Assembly: GCA_964016885.1 (NCBI GenBank)
Contig: OZ024759.1
Span: forward strand, 9,114,001 to 9,178,000
Direction: 5' to 3'
From: Eledone cirrhosa
Lineage: Eukaryota
Length of the DNA stretch: 64,000 bases
Part shown: positions 53,162-64,000 of the stretch, in pieces
Position numbering within the stretch: position 1 is the stretch's first letter
Layout: each line of letters opens with the position of its first letter
Made by a program: the position numbers and the translations under genes
The notes under the pieces: generated by a model
Told to the model about the DNA's origin: nothing
What the model saw: only the letters and a program-made list of their open reading frames with translations
Databases searched by the model: none

Positions 53162-54903
53162 GCATGCACACTTCCATATATGAATGTGTAAACATATATA
53201 GTGATTGCTTAATCTTTGCAAATGATTGCCGTTTCCCTATGCAACCCCTAGTATTGATGTACCCAGATTTAGAGAGCAGTAGACGACCACACACTTCACA
53301 ACTCCAGCTCCCTATGTTCTTATTGATAACAAGAGAAATAGAGAAGATAATAAAAATGTAGCTGTATATAGAGAAGGTATGTGTCTAGTGAAGAATGTGT
53401 GTCTCTAAAGAGGAAAGGTGTAAATAGAATCATGTCAATAAAGAAGATATATGTATAAAGAGGTTTAGTTTCTACGAATAAAATGTACATATTGATATGG
53501 TGTGTAGAGTTATATTGTATACAAAGAAAACATTACATACCTCTTTAAATGAACGTAATATCCAAGATGATCTTTTTCAAAGAACCGGAAGTCAATCGAA
53601 AATAAAGCAACAGAAGAGTTCCATAAAGGGGAAATAACTCAAATAAAAAACGATTGCTTGCGCTATCTAAGAGGCAGGCCAACATATAACCATCCTGCAC
53701 ATAATCCTGGCTGCCGAGGCCGCGTGCCCTCGCAACGATTCGATCTTCCGACACATAGAATGTGTCACGCCGAGGGTTCGAATCCAAAAGTTCTCCAAGA
53801 ATGTAAGTAACTATCGTGGGTTCTAAGTATCAAGAATGTAAAGAAAGTATCTAAGGTTCGAATCTAAGTAAGTCAAGATAGAATGTAGTAAGAAGTAACT
53901 AAGGTTCTATTGGAACTGTCTTCTTAGAACCCTTGAAAGTTACTTAGATTAGAACCTTAGATACTTCTTACTACATTCTAAACTTGACTCTTAGATTCTA
54001 ACCCTTGATACTTCTTACTACATTCTTGACTTACTTAGATTCGAGGTTCTTGGAAGACAGTTGGATTCGAACCTTAGATACTTCTTACAGAAAGCTTACA
54101 TATATTTCTAAGAATGTAATATAACCTTCAAGGGTTCTAAGAATCTAAGTTAGAAGGTTACTTACATTCTTGGAAGACTGTTAGATTAGAACCTTAGCTA
54201 CTTCTTACTACATTCTTGACTTACTTAGATTCTAACCCTTGATAATTCTTACTACATTCTTGACTTACTTAGATTCTAACCCTTGATAATTCTTACTACA
54301 TTCTTGACTTACTTAGATTCGAGGTTCTTGGAAGACAGTTGGATTCGAACCTTCAATACTTTCTTTACATACTTGAAGGTTCCTGATACTTAGATGGTTA
54401 CATTCTTGGACGACTGTTGGATTCGAACCCTTAATGACACTTTTTACATTATTGATGGTTACTTTTCATTCCCTTTCTGTTACTTACTACTTTTGAACGA
54501 CTGTTACATTCGAACCCTTGATGGTTCTTTCTCTAATATTTCTTTCCTTTTCACATTATTGATATTTTCTATTCTCTTTCCTTAGATTGTAACCATTGGT
54601 GATACTGTCTATTTTTGGAGCGACTGTTGGATTTGAAACCTTGATGAGGCTTTTTAAACATTCTTAGTGTCTTTGTCAAAATAAACTGAACACAATTCGT
54701 ATATAATATGTAAACTTTATTCATTTTTGTCAAAATAAACTGAACACGATTCGTATATATGTAAGCTTTCTTAACAGAGAGTTTGCCATTTTTTATGGCT
54801 TGAAGGCTGGATATCTAAAAAGAAATAAGTCATTTACATACGTTATCAATAAAAAGAATATTAAACTTTATAAAATTCTTCCAAGTTTGTTTTTTATTAT
54901 ATA

Positions 54904-55299
54904 CTAGGAGAATGGCCCGGCGTTGCTCGGGATTTGCTCTAGGGTTCTTTATATATTTATCCTTATTGAGCCTCATCAAATAAATACGTTTGTTTATATT
55001 TTGCTATTGTGTATGCAAAAATATCTGTACACGAATATATAATTATATATATTAAAATAACAGATTAAAGTTTAAGCAAAGAATCGCTGCTTTCACCCTT
55101 AACTCTGAAACTAAAAAAAATCAATCTGTGAACGCAGATGTAAATATTTCGAAAAACATTGCAACCGAAGGAAAACAGGAAGACTATATGAAGACAATCA
55201 GGCATACAGACAGATATTATAAGGGCGCAACTTTATATCTATGTATCTATCTAAAAAGAAATTATAGAGAGAGATCGCTAAATCGCCTAATGCATTGAA
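54904..55299 (-). mobile_element. Inverted, 5'-truncated copy of the Helitron at 47209
   Basis: ctaggagaatggcccggcgttgctcggg is the reverse complement of the 3' terminus. Confidence 0.75.
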
Positions 55300-55332
55300 A
55301 ATTGTAATAGAATTGCCAAAGTCATAGAGTCC

Positions 55333-55958
55333 TGTGTCAGAAAAACACTCTGGAACTCTCACAGCCTTATCTGGCCCTCGCAATTTGGATTTCTCCCTAA
55401 CTCCAGCTGCTGTGATCAACTCATCGAGTTTCTTGAAGACATTACCCAAATCACTGATGGCGGCTCATGGGTGGATGCAGTTTATCTTGACTTTGCTAAA
55501 GCTTTTAACTCTCTGCAATGGGTGTGAGAGATGATCTTTTTAACTGGTTGAAGTCCTTCATTCTCAGTCGAAAAGAGGTAGTTCGGGTCTAGGACAGCAT
55601 TCCTCACGGTATGAGATGACATCTGGTGTACCAAAGGTCATATATTAATGACATAGATGCCAACATAAAGAATGACACAGTGTTGAAATATGCAGATGAC
55701 ATCAAGCTGTACCTTGAGATAAAAGGACAGATCGTGAACACTATAGATCTTTCCTGCAATCAGACCTGGACACAATGTAGCAATGGACCATGGACAGGAA
55801 ACTCAAGCTGGCTGTGAACAAGTGTACTACCATGCATTCTGGGAGGAAAAACCCAGTTTTCACATACTCCCTCCACAACACCAATCTCAAGATGTCTTCT
55901 TGTAAACATGACCTGGACATTACTGTCAGCAGCAATTTGTGTTGGACAAAGCACATCT
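55333..55958 (+). mobile_element. Decayed CR1 RT fragment
   Basis: YINDIDANIKNDTVLKYADDIKLYLEIK; homologous to 700-1395; deletions and stops. Confidence 0.88.
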
Positions 55959-56189
55959 CTACACCTGATATTCCCCCTGCATACACACGTGTGTGTGTGT
56001 CTATGTGTATATCATGACTCATACACTGCTCCCTTTCCTGACAATTGTACATTATTCTATGTACCATACCTGCACCTTTGATACCGAGGAAGTTGATCAT
56101 TCTATTATTATTTTCTATTTCAAGATGAAGACTGTAATTATTTAAAAAAAAAGTTATTATTTTCTTTCCTATTTAGAATTATTAGGTCT

Positions 56190-56316
56190 TTTTACGATCT
56201 GAGTTCAAATCCCGCCGAGGTTGACTTTGCCTTTCATCCTTACGGGGTCGATAAAATAAAGTACCAGTAATGTACTGGGTAATTGCTGGCCTTGTGCCTA
56301 AAGTAGAAACAATTAT
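56190..56316 (+). mobile_element. tRNA-derived SINE, 5'-truncated
   Basis: gagttcaaatcccgccgaggttgactttgcctttcatccttacgggg. Confidence 0.8.
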
Positions 56317-56959
56317 TATGGTTAACTAACATGAAAAGAGCATCATTGTGGTACAAACCACCGCCAAGTTCAGGTAACCTTCTGTTAATTAGGTTAAGGA
56401 TAAAAATTCTACCTAGCCGAGTCTGTGGATCTCATGGTGATGTGAAAATTCCCAGGTCGGTCGGCTCTGTTGAAATTAATTATCATCTTCCTAGCCGTAA
56501 AGATGTTAACTTCACTCGAAAGATCAATATATTTTGTCTATATTAGGGCTCTATTGAGTAGTGTTGGTGAAATTGGAGAGTAGTAGTTACTTATGTCCAT
56601 TTGTATAAATTTAATTCTGTTTTTATTTGGAAGTTCAATAAACCAATCAATAACGTCATTGGTTCCATTCCATAATTTAAGTTGGGATCATAGCTTCAAC
56701 GTTGGTATGATTCTGACTAGAATGTTCTTATAATTCCTAAATCTTAGATGGTGCTATAAGTCTACCTAGTAGCTCAGATTCAAAGTTATTTTTATGGTCT
56801 TCCATATTTATTCTCAGTGTTTTAGTTATGAAAGGTTCAGTCCGGTGTTCAATCCCCAGTTTGGTGACAATTTTATTTGCTTCTTTATTTATAGATTCAA
56901 TGTTTTATGGTAGTTTTTATTCCTAAGTTCTCTGATTATTAGTTTATTATTGGACTTAC

Positions 56960-59205
56960 GTATCAGATATGAGCGGCACCAAGTCTCAAGTTGACTACAT
57001 TATGGTCAACAAAAACTGGAAAAACTCTGTACACAACTGCGAAGCATACAACAACTTCAGCAGCATGGAATCGGATCACCGTATCACAACAGCAGAGCTT
57101 AAATTAAGCTTGAGAACCAGTAAAGCGTTATCTACCAGAGTCAACTATGATTGAGCTTCACTAAGGGATCCTGATTTGAGCGATCTTTATACTGTTACCT
57201 TTAGAAACAAGTATGCAAGCTTGTGCACAGAAAACGAATCCATCACAGACATACACTCACCTCATTCAAGCAAATGACGGAGCAGCCACAGAGCTTCTTC
57301 CACGAAAAAAGAACAAAAAGAAACAAACTTCGGATGATCCGCGAGTCATCGATGCAAGAGAGAAAATTCAGAAGGCTTCTAGGGCATACACAGAGGATCC
57401 AACAGAGCATAATTGCCAGAAACTTCAACGATGCAAGAATACACTGCAGAAGGCATATGACACTATTTCCGAGGAAGAACTTGATAAATGGATAGCTGAA
57501 GTAGAATCTGCAGATGCGAAATCGAAGCATGGAGAAAGCTGGAAGCTAATAAACGAGATCACTGGGAGGAAATCTGTCAAACAAGCCATAACAAAAGCAA
57601 ACTCTAAGGAAGATCACATCAAGAAGTGGTACTTACACTTCAAGGAATTACTTGGAAAAGAACCTAAGGTTGTGGTTGAGATCAGCGAAATTGCACCAGT
57701 GCTGAAAAATCTGGGAATCTCAGACATAATCTTCACACCTGCTGAATACTCAATAGCCAAGAAGTCTCTGAAGGAGGGGAAAGCCTTTGGATCTGATGGC
57801 ATCGGCCCGGAAGTTCTCAAGCATTGCAACCTGGATGACATCATGCTCGGCTATGTCAACAAGCTGATGGTCGGCGAGAAGCCTGACCAATGGTCAGAAA
57901 GCAATATGAAGCCTCTACCAAAGTCGGGTGATCTCGGCCATACAGACAACTACAGGGGAATAGTTTTGTCCTCCATTGCAGCCAAATTGGCAAATCGAAT
58001 GCTTCTCAACAGGAATCCACCAAAAATCAATCCACAACTATGTCTGAACCAGAATGGCTTCCAACCAGGAAGATCGACTGTTGCTTATATTCTTGCATTG
58101 AGGAGATTAATCGAGGGTTTCCAATCACACAACCTAAAAGCTGTCTTGACGTTTGTAGACTTTCAAAAGGCATTCGACAGCATCCACCGAGGGCGAATGC
58201 TCCAGATACTGAGAGTATATGATGTGCCTGAAAAGATAGTTCAGGCTATAGGTCTGATGTACGAGGGTACTTGAGCTCACATATTGACACAAGACAGAAA
58301 CACTGATTACTTTGAGATTCTCGCAGGTGTTCACCAAGGTGACACGATTGCACCTTTCCTATTTGCAATTGTCCTCAATTATGCAATGAAACAGGCCATT
58401 CATGGGAAGGAAGAAGAGATTGGTTTCAAATTGGATCGAAGGAGAAGTTGTCACTGAAACAGACTTCGCCGATGACAATGGCTTGATCAAAGAGGAAATC
58501 AGCCAAGCTCAAAGAATTCCTCACACGTGTCGAGGTTGAATCAGGCAAAATAGGACTGCATCTCAATGCAAAGAAGACCGAAATCATGCACTACAATCAG
58601 GTTGATCCAGCTCCAGTTCTTGCTAAGGACGGTACAACAATCAAAACAGTTGAGAACTTTAAGTATCTTGGTGCTTGGATGCACAGCCCACGCAAGGAAT
58701 TTGAAGTTAGAAAAGCACTAGCATGGGCGGCATGTCATAAGTTACTGAAGGTGTGGAAGTCCAACCTATACCGCAAAATCAAGGAGCGTCTCTTCCTAGC
58801 AACTGTTGAATCCGTCCTGCTTTACGGCAGTGAAACGAGGACTATTGACAAAGTGCTATGCAAGAGACTTGACGGATGTTGAGAATGGCTCTCAACATTT
58901 CTTGGAAACAGAAGCTGACAAATACAGAACTATACAGATCACTACCACCAGTCTCAAATAAAGTTGTCTGCGGACGAATGAAACTGGCTGGGCACTGCAT
59001 ACGTCATCCAGAAGAGACAGCATCACAACTTGTACTCTAGAAACCGACGGTCAGACAAAGAAACGTGGGAAGACAGGCCGTCTCATTCATTGATACCCCG
59101 CTGAGAGATTGATACCCATTGATAACATCGAGGAACTGAGAAATGTCATGCTCGACCGGAACGATTGGAGAAAGCGTGCTGAATCTGCGAGTGTAAACTC
59201 GGCCG
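56960..59205 (+). mobile_element. Decayed RTE-like LINE (end of APE endonuclease, RT, C-terminus)
   Basis: SQVDYIMV..SDHRI; NYRGIVLSS, NQNGFQPGRST, FVDFQKAFDSIHR, FADD at ~58465, ESVLLYGSET; several stops and frameshifts. Confidence 0.9.
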
Positions 59206-59489
59206 AAGAAGAGAGTAGTTTATTATACTCATCTTTATCTAGAAACATAGAGGTTGTTGGTTTTGGCACCAGAATTTTTTGTTTTTTTTTGAGTTCATTA
59301 ATTTTGCCCCTTAGGTTTTTTAGATACTCCTGACCTCTGTATGGGTCTTTCTTAAATTTTATACCTCGAATGATATTGGCTAATTTATTTTCAAATTCTG
59401 CTAGATACCTGTTATATGGTGGGGTTTTCCTAGACTTAGCTCTCCATTCCAGATTGTTCTTAACTGAGTTATCTTGTATTTCTTTTAGT

Positions 59490-59872
59490 TTTCACATCAA
59501 AGTGATAAGCCCGCCAGAGTGTAGTGTTAGGGTTCACATCAAAGTGATAAGCCCGCCACAGTGTAGTGTTAGGGTTCACATCAAAGTGATAAGCCCGCCA
59601 CAGTGTAGTGTTAGGGTTCACATCAAAGTGATAAGCCCGCCATAGTGTAGTGTTAGGGTTCACATCAAAGTGATAAGCCCGCCACAGTGTAGTGTTAGGG
59701 TTCACATCAAAGTGATAAGCCCGCCACAGTGTAGTGTTAGGGTTCACATGACAGTGATAAGCCCACCACAGTGTAGTGTTAGGGTTCACATCAAAGTGAG
59801 AAGCCCGCCACAGTGTAGTGTTAGGGTTCACATCAAAGTGAGAAGCCCGCCACAGTGTAGTGTTAGGGTTCA
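59490..59872. repeat. 42-bp tandem, ~9 copies
   Basis: ttcacatcaaagtgataagcccgccacagtgtagtgttaggg. Confidence 0.95.
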
Positions 59873-60260
59873 CCGTAGGAGTTGCGTCGGCTTTTTAACT
59901 CCTAATTCTTCCGCTATAAGGAGCTGGTGTAGGTGGTTTTGTTGTGACTCTGACGTCCTCTTGATTAGATTTACTTTGAATGTGTCGTATAACACAGAGC
60001 CAGGTGGTGCCAATACCAGGTGACAGACAACATTCATGATCTCTGGAGACAACGAACCAATGACGTGAGTTAGATGAGCTGCCTTACTAACAATCCAGTT
60101 CAATGCCAACTGAGCAATATGTGCGAACCATAGGACTGGGTTGTGTACCCAGAATGGTGGTATTTTTGATGTAATCACTGCTTGAACTGCCATATCTGTA
60201 GTGGACGAGTTGTCGTCCATTAGAGACATTGATGGTGTTGTGATGTTCTGCAATGAAGCG
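59870..60260 (-). mobile_element. Gypsy-type LTR retrotransposon gag N-terminal fragment
   Basis: KIPPFWVHNPVLWFAHI.AQ..YDTFKVNLIKRTSESQQNHLHQLLIAEELGVKKPTQLLR. Confidence 0.8.
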
Positions 60261-60464
60261 AAGACTGTGATTCGTAAGCGTCAACAGTTGAAGTAAAACA
60301 ATGACAGGAGCATAAATTTGTTCAATTAGAGAGAATCAGTTGATTTAGAATCAACCGACTTTTAATAAACAGATGTCAAGCACTCAACAGTATATGTTTG
60401 TCTTTTTTATTTATTATTATAACAAAACTCCAGTTACTTTAGTCCATCCCTATTTATATATATA

Positions 60465-61325
60465 ATTCAGAGAGCTTATACCATTATTGGCCACAAAAGG
60501 TTTCTCTCTAAAAATGAAAGGCAGGCTGTATGATGCCTGTATACGAACAGCAATGTTACATGGCAGTGAGACATGGGCATTGTGGGCAGAGGATCTGCGC
60601 AGACTGGAGAGGAACGAAGCTTGCATGCTCCGTTGGATGTGTAATAGTAATATACGCGAATGGCAAAGCATAAATGAACTAAGTGAGAAATTAGGAATAA
60701 GAGGGATCAGATGCTGTTTACTCGAGAGAAGACTACGTTGGTTTGGCCACGTGATGCGCATGAAAGATGACAGCTGCATAAAAAAGTGCAGGGCGATCAA
60801 AATAGACGGTAGCCATGGAGTAGGCAGACCCAGAAAAACCTGGGACGACTTGATAAATTCCGACCTCACACACTTACACCTCTCCAAGACAATGTCACTG
60901 GACCGAGATCTTTGGCGCTACACAGTAATACAGAAGACCCGCCTTGCCTAAGTACAAAGCGAAACCTACAGTCAGTAGGCACCTCCTAACCAAATATACA
61001 CCCCCAACCCACTACCCTTACCCCCACCCCTTTCTCTGTTAAGTTATGTTGGTACCACAACATCCACTCCAAACTAATGAGGTCGTGTAGGTGTCACGAG
61101 AAAAAAACACACAGTCCACGCTGTAATGTGGCTATGTAGGTAAAAAGTTGCCAGTCCACACTGTAAACGTGGTTGGTGTTAGGAAGGGTATCCAGCCGTA
61201 GAAAACCTGCCAGACAGTCCTATACGAGCGAGACAGGGTCACCCAACCAATCTTGCCTCAAGTGGGACAAATCCAGTCTAAACCCATGCTAGCGTGGAAG
61301 ATGGACGTTAAACGACGATGATGAT
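60465..61325 (+). mobile_element. RTE LINE 3' fragment (ORF C-terminus, 3'UTR, GAT tail)
   Basis: KGRLYDACIRTAMLHGSETW..RRLRWFGHVMRM..GRPRKTW; contains one copy of the 48-bp satellite unit at ~61085-61140. Confidence 0.9.
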
Positions 61326-61539
61326 ATAATACCAGGTCATTGTATAATCATTTATAGTCCTTTTGAAACGACATTTAATCATATTTTCTTATATATATTT
61401 TTCCTCTTTAACAAAAATAACATTTTCAAAAATATATTCGTATCTCCGCGAAATTTCATTAAAAAATATGTAATATTAAGAAATTTAAAAGGAAAAGCAG
61501 TCGGGCCACTAAAGCAATGTTATGCCATCAATATATATT

Positions 61540-61710
61540 TGTCTCTACTTTTGGCACAAGGCCAGCAATTATCCAGTGCATTACTGGTACTTTATTTTAT
61601 ATACCTCGTAAGGATGAAAGGTAAAGTTAACCTCGGCGGGATTTGAACTCAGATCGTAAAGGGGTGTAACTCTATGCTTCAAAGCATGGTGTCCGACCTT
61701 CTACCGATTG
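61540..61710 (-). mobile_element. tRNA-derived SINE
   Basis: Reverse complement of the 32735 family. Confidence 0.8.
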
Positions 61711-62164
61711 TAATAATATATTTTGTAAACAATTTCGTGGGTGGTAGTAAAATTTGACAGACTAAGCGATATAATACATTACAATGTCTCTTATATTATT
61801 AGGGATTATTTTTTAAAAGAAAACCATTCTTTCATTTCATGACTGATCTCCATGAAATATAAAATGTGGAAAGAAAAACAGAAGAGAAAAAAGACTGTCG
61901 TTTGTCTCGCTTACACTTTCTTGAACTTTTAGACTGAAGTTGAACCATTGTAGCAGACGATCGCTGAAAATATAGGCAACCTTAGGAGGAATGTCAGCAG
62001 TTTTCTGTGAATTATTTTTGTGGCAACATTCTTTCAGTACCTTCTACAAATCAATGTTATTGTTGCCATCGTGTTGTAATCAAAATTCACGGTGGCCATT
62101 TTCTTTTTCAAAATTACCGCAAAATAACCAAGGGAGATAACTGTGTATATATTTCTGTATGTTT

Positions 62165-62355
62165 AACCGGTGAATTGGCAGTATCAGTAGAGGGTCGGAC
62201 GCCAGGCTTTGACGCATAGAGTTACGGCCCTTGCCATTCTGAGCTCAAATCCTGCCGAGGTTAACTTTGCCTTTCATCCTTAGGTGGTCGATAAAATAAA
62301 GTACCAGTAATGTACTGGGTAATTGCTGGCCTTGTGTCAAAAGTAGAAACAATTA
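62165..62355 (+). mobile_element. tRNA-derived SINE
   Basis: Same family as 32735; related diverged copies at 62455-62600 (+), 62825-62975 (-) and 63200-63290 (+). Confidence 0.8.
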
Positions 62356-63304
62356 ATTGGAATATTCTTCAAAGTAGATTGTAATAAAAGCTGAATTGCT
62401 AAAATGTTTTAATAAAATAGTCTGAATTAAAATATATACATATATATTTAATAAAGGCAGTGAAATGACTTGTTAGGACGTCAGATAGAATGCTTTGCAG
62501 TATTCGATCTGGCTATCTTTGCTCTCTCCAGGTTCTGGCTTCAAATCCCATCGAGGTCAACTTTGCCTTTCATCTTTTCGAGGTCGGTAAAAAGAAAAAA
62601 AAGTAAATAGAACTAAGGGTAGTTTGGTATCAAAAGGGTTCAACAATCTTCATTGTCATACATGGTATGGACCCTTAACTCCCGAAGGAGTCGTAGAGGT
62701 GCCATATTGACATACAGCGTTTCATAAGGTATTTTAAAACCTGGTGGAACCCATCTCCAGGTCTGAATACAGCAGATTTCTTCCAAAGGATAAAGAATGG
62801 AAAGCAGGAAGAAATATAGAGGAAGAATCGACCCCAGTACTGGTACTTTTTTTATCAACCCCGAATGGGTGAAAAGCAAAGTTGACCTCGGTGGAATTTG
62901 ACCTGAGAGAGAAGAGAGCTGGAATACTGCAAAGCATTCTATCTGACTTTCTAACGATTCTGCCAATTCGCTGCCTCCTTATTGATATTTAAAAAAGAGA
63001 AAAAAGTTCTTAAATATAGAACTTATGAGATTATCAGGTGATAACCAGGCAAAGCTGCCATTGTTAGAGGATGTAATAGATTTGTGGTGTTTGTTCCAGC
63101 TGAGCAGACTAGGAGTTTAAATCCCCCTGAGGTCGATTATATAATTTTCATCACTTTGGTGGGGGAGAGACAAGAGGATTAAATATAATAGAAGTCTAGA
63201 GCAGTGGATTGGTAGAGCATCAGACGAGATGCCCTGTGATATTTTTGTTCCAGTTTTTTGTGTCTTGAGTTCAAATCTCGCTGTAATCTACTTGAGTGGT
63301 AGAT

Positions 63305-63555
63305 TTAATGTCACCCAGTTTAACACTACCACCTGGTCCTTGGGTGGTAATCTGTCACCCAATTTAATACCAGCACATGGTCCTTGGTTGGTAGACATAA
63401 TCTGTCCCCCAGTTTAACACCGCCTGGCCCTGGGGTGGTAGACATAATCTGTCACTCAGTTTAACACCACCTGGCCTTGGGGTGGTAGATAATCTGTCAC
63501 CCAGTTTAACACCACCACTTGGCCCTGGGGTGGTAGACTTAATCTGTGACACAGT
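63305..63555. repeat. Degenerate ~42-46-bp tandem
   Basis: aatctgtcacccagtttaacaccacctggcc..ggggtggtaga repeated ~5 times. Confidence 0.8.
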
Positions 63556-63659
63556 TTCCCTAAAGTGTCTTTAGCAGGGTCCACTTCTGTTACAAGTATT
63601 CAGAAATGGTCTCCTATATGTAGAATATCCTTCCATTAGACTTAGAGGCCCTGAAAAGT

Positions 63660-63870
63660 GCTAGGGTCCCCGTGCTAGTTATCGAGATTGACGAATATAG
63701 GGTCCAAGAGGCAATTAAGGAAATAAAAATGGTAAAGCCACTGGACCGTCGGGGATAGTTGCTGAGATGCTGAAGGCATCAGGGGATGTAAGCACTAAAT
63801 TGGTTGCACACATCATCAATCAGGCTATATATGGCGGTGTCATACCCAAAGACTGGTGCAGCAGTATTCT
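63660..63870 (+). mobile_element. RTE RT N-terminal fragment
   Basis: GPSGIVAEMLKASG..VIPKDWCSS. Confidence 0.65.
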
Positions 63871-64000
63871 CAGAAATTATGATGAAATGAGAGAAAATAT
63901 GATGAAATAAGCGAAAATATGATGAAATGAGAGGATTTTATTATCAAAACATTCAACTTTTCATGTTTTTATTTGTTTTTTATGTTTTTTGTATTATATT

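Larger units (their letters stand above)
47348..55299. repeat. Giant imperfect palindrome (~3.8-kb and ~4.1-kb arms, axis ~51171)
   Basis: Inverted matches 47348-48690/53870-55299, 48764-48840/53520-53594, 49377-49630/52620-53015, 50115-51086/51256-52240. Confidence 0.95.

Noticed and set aside
53700-53790. tRNA gene
   Set aside because: B-box present but no acceptor stem or cloverleaf.
48089-54585. Paired 63-aa ORFs (48089-48280, 54394-54585)
   Set aside because: Similarity reflects arm duplication; AT-rich repeat-derived sequence with no recognisable protein.
59490-59872. TTAGGG in each unit suggesting telomeric sequence
   Set aside because: One hexamer per 42-bp unit, not a telomeric array.

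Overview
Repeat-rich, AT-rich animal genomic DNA; the SINE/RTE repertoire resembles octopus/cephalopod (inference). One host gene is supported: the last six coding exons (2952-31444, + strand) of a CDH23/PCDH15/Cad87A-like cadherin, giving a membrane-adjacent domain, one TM helix and a cytoplasmic tail ending in STSL. Most of the rest is decayed retroelements (CR1, several RTE families, R4-like, Tx1-like, Penelope-like, a Gypsy gag piece), tRNA-derived SINEs, a non-autonomous Helitron, microsatellites and tandem arrays, several visibly amplified from TE pieces (an 8.5-kb array of a 48-bp RTE 3'UTR unit; a 4.7-kb 23-bp array). The long ORFs over these arrays are artefacts. Two things stand out. 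(1) An ~8-kb nested, diverged palindrome (47348-55299) with a GC-rich five-hairpin apex, inward-facing promoter/donor-like motifs and clusters of Pol III B-box-like motifs. (2) Five type I hammerhead ribozyme motifs, including a well-formed one in a 310-bp retrozyme-like tandem/inverted repeat (33391-34064). All calls were made by eye and repeat boundaries are approximate.
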